Shown here piece by piece: positions 1-14,178 of a stretch of DNA of 64,000 bases. The stretch covers positions 152,830,001-152,894,000 of the forward strand of contig OZ024741.1 of the NCBI GenBank assembly GCA_964016885.1, given 5' to 3'. A program made the position numbers and the translations under genes. Source of the DNA: Eledone cirrhosa. Taxonomy: Eukaryota. The notes below the pieces were generated by a model, which was given only the letters and a program-made list of their open reading frames with translations, was not told the origin of the DNA and searched no databases. How positions within the stretch are numbered: the first letter of the stretch is position 1; each line of letters begins with the position of its first letter.

Positions 1-485
1 GGTAGGGGTTTTATTATACTGGTTACTTTTGGAGAGATGCGTTGATAGTTAAGGTCGGAATTATTTATTGCCCCAGAGGGCAGGTTCATAGATGTTGAGA
101 GGGAGGTAGGTCAAAGGTGAGAGAGAGAGAGTGTAATGGATGTAGAGAGAGATAGGTAGAGAGGGGAGAGACAAAGTATGTGTGGTGAGTGAACTTTGGG
201 TTTGTAGTAGTAATCTAGGAATTGCACTGAGTTACCATGTATAGTGATAAGCAGTGTATTGTCTTGTAGTGTGGGGGGAAGAAAAGGTTGTTAGCTAGAA
301 AGTGGTGTTATAGTTACGGGTTCGAATGTTAAGTTATTTTATAGTGAGAGAATTTAGCTTTTAGTTTGTGGTTGCAGTATAATGATCGTTCAATTCTATC
401 GTTAAGTAGTTTGTTTTTGGATTTTAATATGTAAAATAGCTCAAGGTTACATAACCTGCAGTACTTCAATCCACTCCGATATGCA
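1..485 (-). mobile_element. Inverted 5' copy of the Penelope 3' end/pLTR (continues off the window edge)
   Basis: 1-485 is the reverse complement of 2081-2565 and appears identical by eye. The junction shares TGCA (482-485) with the ORF. This is the typical inverted pLTR of 5'-truncated PLE insertions. Confidence 0.95.
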
Positions 486-2237
486 GACTTATATGCCCTT
501 CTAAATCAGACATAGGGAAAATTAGCAAACATATACTTGACAGAGTAATAACTCAAGTGAAAAAGAAAATTGAAATTAAATTATGGGGCAACACTAGCGA
601 AGCAATTCGCTGGTTTAATAATGTTAAGAATAAGAATAAATCTAAGTTTATACAATTTGACATAGACGAATACTACACTTCCATCTCACCAAGCACTTTA
701 CGTAAGGCCCTATCGTTTGCTAAGGCCAATTCCGACCTAACGGAGGACGAAATTAATATTATTCTCGAGGCTAGAAAAACCATTATTAAGTTCGATAACT
801 GCTACTGGGAACGTAAGGACAGACCCACAAATTTCGATATTACCATGGGTTCCAACGACTCGGCGGAGGTCACGGATCTCGTGGGAATTTACATAGCCCA
901 CATATTACATAGTAAATTTAGTAATCTACAGGGGGGGGGGGATATATAGAGATGACGGGCTCTTATTAGTTAATAACTTGAATAACCAAAATCTTGAAAG
1001 GCTACGGAAAAATATTAGAAAATCTTTTAGTGAACTGGGTCTAAAAATAACATACGAATACAATCTTAAAGTAGTAAACTTTCTGGACGTAACTCTTAAT
1101 TTAAATACCGGACAGATACGACCCTTCCACAAGGTAAATGAGAACCTTACGTATATTAACTTTAACTCTAACCACCCACTCTCCATGATCAAATCAGTTC
1201 CCCGGAGTATTTCTCTTAGAATCTCTCGCCTATCGTCTAACTCTGATATTTTTAGTGAACACGCTGAATACTACAATAATGCATTAAGGAATGCCGACCA
1301 CCGGGATACAATAGAATACATCGATAGGAATTTCCATAACACACATAGCTCTACACGAAATCAAGGAATACGTAACCGGGGGACTAAAACACAAGCACAC
1401 ACACACAGTACTACCAGACATACTAATAATAGAAGATCACCACCAAATAAATCACGTTGTAGAAAGTATATCTGATACAATCCTATTTTTAATGCCTCGA
1501 TTAGTACAAAACTATCTCTTTCATTCTTTAAATTAATCAACAAACATTTCCCTAGTTCCCATAAATACAGCAAAATTCTGAACTCTAAAACTATTAGACT
1601 ATCATACTCCACGGCACCAAACCTTGAAGCATACATAAAAAAACTTAACTTAAGGCAATTAAACAACTCTACAAAACAAAACATTTTAGTAACAGATGGG
1701 CAGAACGCAATATCTGCCTCCCAACAACTAAATGGGAGACGGGTATTACACAACCCACCTGTACCGCTATCACAACCTTTCCATGGTGTACCCGCTACCC
1801 ACAACAAAGAATGTAACTGCCATCTACCTGAAAGATGTCCATTGAAGAATGAATGCCTAAAGTCCAACATTGTTTACCAATGCACGGTTGAATCGAACGA
1901 CCAGAAATGGTACTATATCGGATCTACCACCACATCGTTTAAATCTCGCTGGTACCGTCATCGATTCTCAATCAAGCATCCGAATCACCGTTTTGTGACC
2001 ACGCTCGCCAACAAGACCTGGCAACTCCGTGAACACAACCAACAGTTCACCTTAAAATGGGATATACTTTCCAGCGCAAGTGCATATCGGAGTGGATTGA
2101 AGTACTGCAGGTTATGTAACCTTGAGCTATTTTACATATTAAAATCCAAAAACAAACTACTTAACGATAGAATTGAACGATCATTATACTGCAACCACAA
2201 ACTAAAAGCTAAATTCTCTCACTATAAAATAACTTAA
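482..2237 (+). pseudogene. Penelope-like element RT + GIY-YIG endonuclease, Naiad-type, 5'-truncated
   Basis: RT motifs: CRLICPSKSDIGKISK, FIQFDIDEYY, FDITMGSNDSAEVTDLVGIY, IYRDDGL (942-962, after a +1 shift in the G11 run 931-941) and VNFLDVTLNL. One TGA at 1473, then an in-frame linker with CNCHLPERCPLKNEC, and GIY-YIG motifs IVYQC...YYIGSTTTSFKSRWYRH...CRLCNLE. Confidence 0.92.
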
Positions 2238-3040
2238 CATTCGAACCCGTAACTATAACACCACTTTCTAGCTAACAACCTTTTCTTCCCCCCACACTAC
2301 AAGACAATACACTGCTTATCACTATACATGGTAACTCAGTGCAATTCCTAGATTACTACTACAAACCCAAAGTTCACTCACCACACATACTTTGTCTCTC
2401 CCCTCTCTACCTATCTCTCTCTACATCCATTACACTCTCTCTCTCTCACCTTTGACCTACCTCCCTCTCAACATCTATGAACCTGCCCTCTGGGGCAATA
2501 AATAATTCCGACCTTAACTATCAACGCATCTCTCCAAAAGTAACCAGTATAATAAAACCCCTACCATAACATTTTGATTAAGATATCTACAAGCCACTCT
2601 CTCCTACTTCTCCAACCCCTGCATATCTTTCTTTCTCTCTCCCTCTTCCCTACTTTTCTCTCTTCCTGTTCTACTCTATCTTCCCCAACAACCCCACTTA
2701 AGGGTTTTTACATTGTACATTTACCATTCTGCTCTGAGGAAACAGTGGTCACAGCATTGGATATTCGAGTTCTGCAAGTACTTGTGAATTTGCACATAGC
2801 ATAACTAGGCTGTAGTACCACCGTGGAAACACTTGTAAGCACACGGAATAAATTACCTTTTTATGATGTCTACCTGTTATTATTCATTCTTTATATACAC
2901 TCCGGAATACTGAAGGATCAGGATCCAAGTTTCTTGAACAATTCTTCCATAACTCGTAGAGTAACCTCTCACCGTACGTCAACCATATCCAGTGTAGTAA
3001 TTAGCCATTACTACATCTTGGATAATCCTATACCTAATAT
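2238..3040 (+). mobile_element. 3' pLTR of the Naiad-type PLE
   Basis: Follows the ORF stop, is partly duplicated in inverted form at 1-328, contains an HHR and AATAAA (2847-2852), and ends in (TA)n. Confidence 0.75.
2730..2841 (+). ncRNA. Type I hammerhead ribozyme with long stem II insert (PLE pLTR)
   Basis: tgct-CTGAGGA(2734)-acagtggt..accaccgt-GAAAC(2826)-actt-GTA-agca. Stem I is tgct/agca. Confidence 0.75.
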
Positions 3041-3058
3041 ATATATATATATATATAC

Positions 3059-3240
3059 TTGGCAGTATCGGTAGAGGGTTGGACGCCATGTTTTCTAGCA
3101 TAGTTACGTCCCTTTACAGTCTGAGTTCAAATCCCGCCGAGGTTAACTTTGCCTTTCGTCCTTACGGGGTCGATAAAATAAAGTACCAGTAATGTACTGA
3201 GTAATTGCTGGCCTTGTGCCTAAAGTAGAAACAGTTATTA
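3059..3240 (+). mobile_element. tRNA-derived SINE with Meta-like core
   Basis: A-box-like TGGCAGTATCGG, B box GAGTTCAAATCC, core GCCTTTCGTCCTTACGGGGTCGATAAAATAAAGTACCAG; more than 10 related copies in the window. Confidence 0.85.
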
Positions 3241-3332
3241 CTCTTATTGAGTGCTTTGCTAACTCATTCCTATTGTAGGTCGACTTTGCTTGGCCACAGC
3301 CAAAGCTTCTATTTTACTAAGCTCCCACTTGT

Positions 3333-3376
<44 letters not shown>

Positions 3377-3668
3377 ATGTATATATATATATATATATTT
3401 ATGATTATGTCATTTATTTTGTCTGACCTGTTTAGCTTGACTTGTTTTTTTTGTTTTTTTGACTTAGGTGGTTAATGCCTTCTTGACCGCCTTCTCAGTG
3501 TGTATGGCGTTTATAACCTATGTTTATAGCTCTGGTGTTTTACCCATTGGAGCGCTTGCCAGCATGACTCTGATTTTGCGTTACGTTTCGCTTTTTCTAC
3601 CCGCCGAAATGCGATTCTCGTTGAATTTATATTTATATATATATATAGATAGATAGATAGATAGATAG

Positions 3669-3816
3669 ATAGGAAAATGTTCAAGACCCGACGGCTCGAG
3701 CTCTGCCGTTCTGCCGTCGGGGTCTTGAACATTTTCCTATTACCCACTCTACTACCCTAAGTATTGAGTACTCTGGTGCGTTATGGTCCATCTGGTTCCT
3801 TACCACACTTCCTTCG

Positions 3817-3820
<4 letters not shown>
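3669..3820 (+). mobile_element. HHR family A fragment with fold-back 5' end
   Basis: ATAGGAAAATGTTCAAGACCCCGACGGC / GCCGTCGGGGTCTTGAACATTTTCCTAT hairpin; 3' part matches 9446-9545 and the reverse complement of 36475-36560. Confidence 0.75.
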
Positions 3821-3851
<31 letters not shown>

Positions 3852-4054
3852 AAGGTTAAAGAAGCTTCAATGAATAAATCAAATTGCTATTATGTATGTT
3901 TAAGCTTTCTCACACGCACCCTCTGTATTATATGTAATTTTTTCATGTCTCAATCTTAAGGTATATTAATATTGAGTTTTGTCATATCTTATTCACTACC
4001 ATGACTGAATCTTAACCATCTACTAAGTCAGGTTATGCCATGCATCATCTTATT

Positions 4055-4110
4055 TTATCTGATGAGGACGTACTGTTGATAATAGCTCAGTACCTCTGAA
4101 ATATGTATAA
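4055..4110 (+). ncRNA. Minimal type I hammerhead ribozyme
   Basis: CTGATGA(4059)-ggacgtactg..cagtacctct-GAAA(4098)-tatGTA-taa, followed by AATAAA. Confidence 0.7.
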
Positions 4111-4287
4111 TAAAATATACTTGATCACACGAATGTCTATATTTGTTAATATTTTGAATTAATATATATATAGAGAGAGAATTAGTATATCTACCAACAT
4201 ATGTATACAGATGTATACCTATGCTAGCAAATATATATGTTATGCCTTAGTACCTTTGTGGTTCTATGCAAGGGGATGCAGAACAAT

Positions 4288-4393
4288 TATATGAAAGACG
4301 TAAAATAAGAAAATTTTAAAATTAACTTACTTACTAAAATTGGAGTGGAAATTTTAGTAAGTAAGTCAATTTTAAAATGTTCTTATTTACGTC

Positions 4394-4402
<9 letters not shown>
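4288..4402. repeat. Near-perfect ~54 bp inverted repeat (fold-back)
   Basis: tatatgaaagacgtaaaataagaaaattttaaaattaacttacttactaaaatt pairs with aattttagtaagtaagtcaattttaaaatgttcttatttacgtctttcatata. Confidence 0.85.
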
Positions 4403-4429
<27 letters not shown>

Positions 4430-4497
4430 ACTATTTTTATCATATGTAACCCATGTGCAACCACGCAGTATTCTTTCTTCTCATATTCTTTCTTCTC

Positions 4498-4559
<62 letters not shown>

Positions 4560-4864
4560 CACATATGCGTTCATTTAATGTGCGGTATGTAATCGTACAA
4601 TTTCTACATAAATGTATGCGCCTATGTGTGTGTCTAGATGTGTGTATGTGTGTGTATCTACATGTGTGCGTTATACGAGAAACTGGCTATTTTTAAATGA
4701 CAATTACTCTAAGTCTTACGAAGGTCACACTCCTCCCGCCACTCCAAACCTCACCTTTCTCTTATCTTCATTGTCGTTTGTCCTCTAACTCTCTAACTCT
4801 CTAACTCTCTATCTCTCTAACTCTCTATCGACTCCTCTACCTTTCAAATAACATATTTACATAT

Positions 4865-5160
4865 CGGTGGATTGGCAGTATCGGTAGAGGGTCGGACGCC
4901 ATGCTTTCCAGCATAGTGACGTCTCTTTACGATCTGAGTTCAAATCCCGCCGAGGTTGACTTTGCCTTTCATCCTTACGGGGTCGACAAAATAAAGTACC
5001 AGTAATGCACTGGGTAATTGCTGGCCTTGTGCCAAAAGTAGAAACAATTATTTTATTGTTGACTTTGCCTTTCATCCTTACGGGGTCGATAAAATAAAGT
5101 ACCAGTAATGCACTGGGTATTTGCTGGCCTTGTGCCTAAAGTAGAAACAATTATTTTATT
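4865..5160 (+). mobile_element. Meta-core SINE with tandem duplication of its 3' half
   Basis: Same family as 3059-3240; the core and tail are repeated at 5058-5155. Confidence 0.85.
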
Positions 5161-5330
5161 TATTTACTGGTTTCAGGTTGGGGTACCACCTTTGAATGGA
5201 TTTTGTTAATAATATTGACCCAGTATTTTCTCTCACTGTGTTACTGGAGAAACACAAACAAACAATGAACGTAAACATACTCACACATACACACTCACAC
5301 ACATAAATATATATATACATACACACACAC

Positions 5331-5413
<83 letters not shown>

Positions 5414-5501
5414 TGTAACATAAATTCCCATCGTTTTTTTTATTAAGAAGTTTTATAACAATCCAATATATTAAATAACCAACAAATTAAATATCTCTTT
5501 G

Positions 5502-5537
<36 letters not shown>

Positions 5538-5671
5538 ACTCTCCAGCGTGAAACTAAAAACTATATCATTTGTACTGCCTCTCTCTTTTTTGTTCTCTTT
5601 TCCTTTATTCAACTATATATATATATATACACACACACACATACACACACACACACACATATATTTATATA

Positions 5672-5970
5672 TGTAGTGAAGGCTTAGTGGATAGAGCGTT
5701 GAGCTCACAATCGTAAGATTGTGAGTTCGCATTGTGAAAAGGGAGGATTGTTATGTTCTTGAACAAGACACTTTATTTCACGTTGCCCCTGTTCACTCAG
5801 AAATCAGTTGCGACGTCACTGGTGTCAAGCTTTGGATAACATCGGTGGAGAAGGGAGACTGGTATGCATGGCCCACTGTTGATCTTCCACAAACCTTTTG
5901 CCCAGACTTCTGTCTCGGAGAAGAATTTTCTAGGTGCAAAACCATGTTCATACGTAACCGAAGGGGGCCT
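5672..5970 (+). mobile_element. tRNA-derived SINE (CORE-like), diverged
   Basis: A box GGCTTAGTGG, B-box-like GAGTTCGCATT, CORE-like TGTTCTTGAACAAGACACTTTATTTCACGTTGC. Confidence 0.6.
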
Positions 5971-5989
5971 ACGATATATATATACACGC

Positions 5990-6110
5990 GCCGGGCTTCC
6001 GTACAGATTCTCTTTACCAAATTTCACTCACAGGGCATTAGTCACCCCGAAGCTATAGTAAAAGACACTCTCCCAACCTGCAACCCAGTATGACCGAAAC
6101 AAAACCCCAT
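5990..6110 (-). mobile_element. SINE fragment, related to 62320-62460
   Basis: The reverse complement shares ctatag...tgtgagtgaaatt...ctgtacggaag with the + copy at 62397-62453. Confidence 0.55.
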
Positions 6111-6126
6111 TAGTTGCCTCCCTATG

Positions 6127-6191
<65 letters not shown>

Positions 6192-6648
6192 ATACACACA
6201 CATATGTATACATATACACACACACATATATTTATGCGTGTATATATATAAATATTTATTAAAATAACAGATTAAAGTTTAAGCAAAGAATATATGTGTG
6301 TGTGTGTGTGTGTGCGTGTGTGCGTGTGTGTGTGTGTATTGCAGATTTTGAGGCGCGTACACACCAGTCACACCTATGCACACACATACATTTTCCAGTT
6401 TTCACATGGTATTGTATTACCTGCACGTGATTCTATTTTTCTTCCTATTTCCTTGTTTTCTTTTGTTTTCCATTTGCTTCCTCACCGCCCCATCCCCGCC
6501 CGCACAGACATGCACACACACGGTTCTAATTTATTTGGGGACTTGAAGACAAACTTGTTAGTTGTTATAATTACTCTATATATATATATATATACATATA
6601 TAAATACATATATATATATATATATGTGAGTGTGTATGTGTATGTATG

Positions 6649-6703
<55 letters not shown>

Positions 6704-6709
6704 TATATA

Positions 6710-6759
<50 letters not shown>

Positions 6760-7439
6760 AATATAACAACCAATAATGTGTCTGTGTAGTAAAGTGTATG
6801 TCTAAGCAAAATATCAGCTTCTTATCCCATCACTACCTCAGTGATACATCCCTGGACAATGCAAAATGAGGCGCTCTCGTGTGCAAAGCTCAGTAGTAAG
6901 CCGCTACTATACTCTCTCTGACTTTTTTTTAGAAATCTCTTCCTTCATCTCAAACATTTACATTATCTCTTTGACCCCATTTAATAGAATTGTTTTTGTC
7001 AGTTAGTAAAAAACCACTGCGTATTTATCTAACCGTCTCTGATTACAATGTCAGTCCACATTACTTTGTGGTTACCTACTTATTGTTAACTGCTTGCAAG
7101 TTTTTGTTTCGTCCCTATCCGTTCATTACCTACAGAACTGTACATACTATAGTCAAGGAACATAACTGGAAAATGGCAAGATTCACCTGATTTTAACTAG
7201 GCCCAACAGACGAGAGTATATACGATAAATATATATCTACAGATATATATATCATGGAGTTTATCAAAAGCTGTGTAAATGCATAAATTCATGTAAACAT
7301 GTCAAATTTACTTATTTCCCTCTAAATTGAGAGAAATTATGATTATCTTTAATCGATTTTCGAACCTTATTGGGACCGTATCAAGAAATATGTATATCAA
7401 ATAATTACAAGAAAATACGTAACTGGTTATAGAATGGAT

Positions 7440-7900
7440 GAACACGTCGTTAGAAACATCATAAAACATACATCTCTCCTAATCACAAACTCACAGTTAG
7501 AATATATTACAAAAATACCAAAATAAAAAACCTCCTCATTAAAACGCAACCACAAACTGGTAAACCACAGAACGACTAATGTAATGTATATATAAATTCA
7601 ATGCAAATATAAAAGTTGCGAACTTCATGGTCAAAATGGTTACATAGCTCACACAAGCACTACACTTTACCGTCAGTTAACTATGAATTTTCAAGGAGCC
7701 GTCCCAACACATTTCCATACAGTATATGCAAAAACAAAAAACAAAAAAACAGCTAGGTCTACATTAGTCAATAACACTACAATTTTATATAAAATTCCAC
7801 ACAAATTCAGATGAACAACTATAGAGGCTCTACTAATATCAGAATATAAATCAAAAATCCACACACAGATACAGCATACTTGAAACCAATTATATAACAC
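7440..7900 (+). pseudogene. Degenerate Penelope-like GIY-YIG endonuclease relic
   Basis: Broken-frame translation: LTVRIYYKNTKIKNLLIK...YKFQC...YIAHTSTTLYRQLTM...LVNNTTIL...IEALLISEYKSKIHTQ. Confidence 0.65.
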
Positions 7901-7929
7901 CCAAGCTTCAACTATTGAGAAATTTTAAA

Positions 7930-8625
7930 TTAGGTGTCCACAATCTCCTACATCTTAGGACCCCTGCTAAGTACGTTACCAATACGCCACTAGTATGACC
8001 ATTCAGATTATTACCCACCAAACAGAAAGAACTAATAAGTTCTTTTACCAGTCTCCAATCTTCTCTGGGTGTATTGTTGTTACTATTCTCAAAATCAACT
8101 CCTCTAATTGCAACACCGATTTCACTTATTGATGTTTATGCAGTAAACTTTTTGATACCGATGTTATGGGTGATTATGTCTCGGTCGTTTTCTTTGTGGA
8201 TAAATCGGTGTTCTTGAACACATACAATCGCAATGTTATAAGTGTTGATATGCTTGTTGAGCTTCTCACGGGAAAAGAAGGATGTGAGTGAGCAGGCGTT
8301 TAGAGAGCCGAAGGTGTATGGTCTAAGGTCGAAATAGTCTCCTCTTGGATCTGACATCAGAGGATGCTCATTCAGTAGGATTTAAAACGTTATATTCATA
8401 GGGAGAAGTTGAGCATTCTTCAAGAATTTGAAGGGATGGAAAATCACGGGCAGATGGAGACAGAGTTCCCTTACCGTTGACCTGTTGACATCAATCGATC
8501 TCCAATACATTGTTTACCATTGGTCAACACAGAGCACGTAGATATGAAAATAATTCACTCGAGGCAAGACTTATATAGAGGAGTAGCTATGGTAAACAAT
8601 GTATTGGAGATCGATTGACGCAACC
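7930..8625 (-). pseudogene. RTE-like AP-endonuclease N-terminal relic with inverted 5' segment
   Basis: ORF 8136-8357 reads FGSLNACSL...IAIVCVQEHRFIH. 8491-8520 is inverted at 8589-8618. Confidence 0.6.
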
Positions 8626-9194
8626 TCAAGCGATTAGCGAACTCTAGACACACCTGATCAACGAAACAATTGTCAGTACTTTAAATAAAGCCCTTATTGT
8701 ACAGCCAACCATGTTACTCTTCATTCCTTAACTTTTATTACTCCAAGTATAACCTGCATAGAAATTACCGCGAACTCGCTGCATAACTATGGAAACATCT
8801 TGTTGAGTCAAAGAAAGCCGTACGTTAAAACTATCCACGACGTGGAGTACACTAACCGGATTACTTCTAACTGGATTACCTCTAACTGGATTACCTATAA
8901 CGATAACTTGTTATTCCATATATATATATATATGCAAATATTTTTTCTAGATATATTTGCATAGTTGTATGTACGTATATAGATATAATGTGTGTGTGTG
9001 TGTGTGTGTGCGTGTGTCTGTGCGTGCGTGTGTCTGTGTGTGTGAGTGTGTCAATGTGTGTGTCTTTGTATCCCAAATATGTGTAAACCGTGAACGTTTT
9101 CTGACATCAAAATACCAAGATGAATAATGTATAGAAACAAATATACAAATATAGCACATACACACACAAACACACATATATATATATTTATGTG

Positions 9195-9545
<351 letters not shown>

Positions 9546-9596
9546 ATATATATATATATCCAGATATATTTGCATGTTTATTTGCATATATATATG

Positions 9597-9728
9597 GGCT
9601 TTCCTGATGATTTCTCACGAATGAAACAGTTCGAGTCCCGTAGAAGCCATTTATATATTAATTATTTATACTCTGCTATGTATTGAGTACCTTACTTACT
9701 GTGGTTACTCCCGATTGAACCCGAGATA

Positions 9729-9731
<3 letters not shown>
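9597..9731 (+). mobile_element. HHR family B element (HHR 9597-9648)
   Basis: ggctttc-CTGATGA(9604)-tttctcacgaat-GAAAC..GTA-gaagcc. Relatives at 21303-21470 and 36134-36264 (-). Confidence 0.7.
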
Positions 9732-9783
<52 letters not shown>

Positions 9784-10092
9784 TTCTGTCAACAACTTAC
9801 TGGCGAAACAGATCACTTTGGATTTGTACGCGTGTTATATAGTTATAGAGGTATTTATTTACGCTTTAATTTATATTTTTAATTATCGTGTCTATAGTCT
9901 GCCTTTCATAGGTTATAGATTCCATACACTGGTGGTTTTTTCCCTGTTTTATTGATAGCGCACTGTATCTCTCTCTAGTGTGTTATCTTTTCAACATATT
10001 GTATTTTATAGAGTTCAGGATTTCAGGATTTCCTCTCCTTTGAGCACATTATTTACAGGGAACGATTAGAGTCTATGGCTCCGTTAATCTAT

Positions 10093-10143
<51 letters not shown>

Positions 10144-10346
10144 TGTGTATGTGCATGCATGCATGGTCCCAGAACTTCTGAGGGAATCGTAGCCGTTTCT
10201 ATGGAATTTTTTAAATCTGGAGTCCATCCCCTCTCCAGGTCTGAGTACAGCAGATTTCTTCGAGAGAGAGAGAGAATGGAAGTGAGAAAGAGATATCGAA
10301 CAAGAATCTACGCCAGTATTTTACTGGTATTTCTATCGTCCTAGAA

Positions 10347-10450
10347 TGGATGAAAAGGCAAAGCTGACCTCGGCGGGATTTGAACTCAGAGAGCAGAGAG
10401 CCGGAACGAATACCGCAAATCATTCTATCCGACCTTTTAACGACTTTGCC
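10347..10450 (-). mobile_element. Meta-core SINE, partial
   Basis: ggatgaaaaggcaaagctgacctcggcgggatttgaactcag is the reverse complement of the B box plus core. Confidence 0.75.
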
Positions 10451-10525
10451 AGTTCTTCGGCGCCTTAGCCATATATATATACACACACGCACATATATAT
10501 ATATTATATATATTTATATATACAG

Positions 10526-10559
<34 letters not shown>

Positions 10560-10564
<5 letters not shown>

Positions 10565-10960
10565 TAGACAATTATCAAACTTGCGTTCAAATGATTTAAT
10601 AGCTGACAATCGTTTCTTCTAAACTCGTAAAATATATGTCACATCCATTCCACCCTGTAAATACGAAACTGTTGCTCACAACATCAATATATATGTATCT
10701 ATATTATTGTTCAGTTGAATAGGAGGTTAATTTTATGTACAAACATTGATAATACTCCGATGATTCCAAATGAGAGTTTGGAAGAAACGATTGTCAGCTA
10801 TTAAATGATTTGAACACAACTTTGATAATTGTCTAATTTATTGTCCTGTTCTGTAGAACAACTGATGTTCTTACATTGAGCTATTTCTCTTACTGGTAAT
10901 AAGGTAGTAGGAAATTACTGACCTTCCTGTTTATAGTTGTTTATATAATATACATAACTA
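10560..10960 (+). mobile_element. Non-coding HHR element with inverted 5' segment (HHR 10754-10798, core U4>C)
   Basis: 10560-10627 is the reverse complement of about 10774-10840. HHR: CCGATGA-ttccaaa/tttggaa-GAAAC-gatt-GTC-agc. Confidence 0.7.
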
Positions 10961-10976
10961 TAAATAGTATTATTAT

Positions 10977-11032
<56 letters not shown>

Positions 11033-11879
11033 GTGTGTGTGTGTGTGTGTGTTTGTATCTATATGTACGTATAAACACATGACGATTTATTCCTTGCTAA
11101 TATTATATCTTTGATAATTATCAACATGTTCAAAGGTGAAACCCAGAATATCATCATCATCATTATCATTATCACCATCACCAGCTCCCAAACCACCCTC
11201 TTCCTCATTCCACTATCACCCTCATCCTACATTTCCACTCCTTGCCAATATTACCATCTCTACCCGACCACCACTATCCCACAATGCCACCCCTTATTTA
11301 ACACTACCACCCCCATTTTCATTACACAACTAACCCCTACCCTACATTACACCTCTACTCTACTTAATGCAGCCAAATTCCACCCGTCACACATACACAC
11401 ACAGAACTGAAATATGTCAGATTCTAAATTTAGCTGGTTTAAAAATAATTGTTCATCGTTGAGAGGGTGCTACATAACATCCACACCTAACTCCAGAACC
11501 ACCTACCCACCAAAAGAACCACCGCTTACCTACTTTCGAAAGCCCCCAACTCCAACCCCCCCCCCCTACAACCACCACCAACAAATAAAAAACAACACTA
11601 GATTTAACCCCACCTCTGCCCGATTGATGAAAGCCCTGACAACAAAAACACTCCATCCACCACTATAAACCCACCAGCCCCCCACTGACGGAAGCCCAAA
11701 ATGACCCCAAGTTCAGATATTTCACTGAAACACGTAAGCACAAAACACTTTCTACTTTGTCTTGTCTTCTCTGTATATGACTTATTCTATGTCTATATAT
11801 ATATATGTGTGTGTGTGTGTGTAGGGGAAGATATTTGAGAAATGTACAAACACATATCATGTTATGTATGTAATGTATG

Positions 11880-11951
<72 letters not shown>

Positions 11952-12054
11952 CATACATACATATACATATATATATACATTCATATATATATATATACAT
12001 ATATATACATATATATATACATATATATATACATATATATATACAAATATATAT

Positions 12055-12507
<453 letters not shown>

Positions 12508-13225
12508 ATATATATATATATATACATTTATATATACACATTTATATATACATGAGTGTGTATGTGTTTGTTATCTTTATTTTTCTTAATTCTTCGAATG
12601 TTTTCTATTAAGTGCCGGCGGTGGAGTGGGTAGGAGGGGGGAGATTCTAACGAAGAAACAAAGCTCCAATATTGGAATTTAAATAACAACAACGGTAAAG
12701 AGTTACATGAGGAATTTTAGAAAAGTCTTGCCTGATTTAATGACCGACCTTTTCAGTGAACTGATTTATTTATTCATTTGTTGTTGTTGTTTTTTGTTGT
12801 TGTTGTTTTTTGTCATGTCAGATAGAATTTACCAATGTTATTTAATTCATTAACAACCATAATTAGCGTTTGAAACAGGCACGAAATCTCGAAATTTTAT
12901 TGAGAACTGAACAGTAGATTATATCGGTCCTTAGTACTTGTTGGTATTCATTTTATTCATATTGGATGGATAGAAAGCATTCTTATTCTAACTGTCGCCT
13001 TCCCAATTCTGCCACTTCATTGTCTTTAACTTAAGGACTCATCGGGATGGAGCTTATCTTGGTTTTAAATACATACATAGATATGTGTTTATATTCATAC
13101 ATGCATACATACATGCATGCATGCATGCATACATACATACATGCATACATACATACATACATACATACATACATACATACATACATACATACATACATAC
13201 ATACATACATACATACATACATACA

Positions 13226-13400
13226 TGTTGATTGCTAATTCTTGTCATAAGAGTGCCCATCCCTTCATTGAACATTGCACAATCATATCCATGCTGGTGA
13301 CTTTTTAGATCCGCTTTTGTTTCACAGGACGTGACACTTGAACTGTTTGTCTCCTGGTAAAACTGCCTGGGGTGTGTCTTCATGTATTTTACATAAGTAC
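13226..13400. repeat. 175 bp segment duplicated at 20320-20491, bordered by (TACA)n
   Basis: Near-identical direct copies; origin unassigned. Confidence 0.8.
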
Positions 13401-13401
13401 A

Positions 13402-14010
13402 TGGTGGCTGCCAACTCGTTTTCGAGTACGGCCACTACTTTATATCCATGTAGGAGAACCCCTACCGATGCGCTGAACGAGTGTGACTTTTTAGTCCAGC
13501 CAGCGACTTGAAAACTCTGGTACAAACACTACACTTGTGACAATTATTGACACATAGTGCTGGGCCCATGGTACCATGTGACGACAAGTGCAGAGAGATC
13601 TCCAGATATAAAGCAATGCCTGTGCCGTGAAGCTTTTATAGTGAGCAAAGGCACTGCACAAAGCCAGTCCCACTCTCTTAACCAAGATGATATTTACCAA
13701 AAAGAAGAACAAGTCAACATCATTGGATACCATCAGGGTTGCAGGTGTTATATCAGAGTTTTCCTTCTCCTAGAATTCTGCCTTGACAAAGGCTAAGGGG
13801 TCATCTCTCCCGGGTTTTGTGGATGGCCATTGACTCTTAAGAGCTCCTTTGCCCTTTGACAGGTTTTGTTTTTAGTCCTGCAGGATGTCCAAAGTCACCC
13901 TCCTCACCCTGAAACCTTGGTGGGGTTGCCAGTTTAGTCGCCAACGACCCGACCATAAGACAGGTTGTACTGGGATACATGTTACCAGTAGCACCAACTG
14001 GTGACCTGAC
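13402..14010 (-). mobile_element. Bipartite non-autonomous RTE derivative, full-length (~610 bp)
   Basis: Minus strand has an RTE-type 5'UTR motif (CTAGGAGAAGGAAAACTCTGA) fused to an RTE 3' end encoding C2H2 [25 protein letters not shown] and a CTCGAAAACGAG hairpin. Confidence 0.7.
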
Positions 14011-14178
14011 ATATTGTACATAAGTACATACATACATACATACATACATACATACATACATACATACCATCAGTCAACGCGATACATACATACATACATA
14101 CATACATACATGCATACATACATACATACATACATACATACATACATACATACATACATACATACATACATACATACA

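Noticed and set aside
1473-1475. In-frame TGA as selenocysteine (some Naiad PLEs are selenoproteins)
   Set aside because: The context KYI*YNPIF corresponds to the conserved Trp of the IW(F/Y)NPP motif rather than a Cys, so TGG>TGA is simpler. No SECIS-like AUGA/AA/GA hairpin is evident after the stop.
3059-3140. tRNA genes at A/B-box motifs
   Set aside because: No cloverleaf forms; these are SINE heads followed by the shared core and tail.
8655-8690. Hammerhead at GAAACAATTGTC
   Set aside because: Only the 3' half is present; there is no valid core or stem II upstream.
11680-11740. CTGACGG...GAAACACGTA hammerhead-like motif
   Set aside because: The core is mismatched and stems I and II do not pair.
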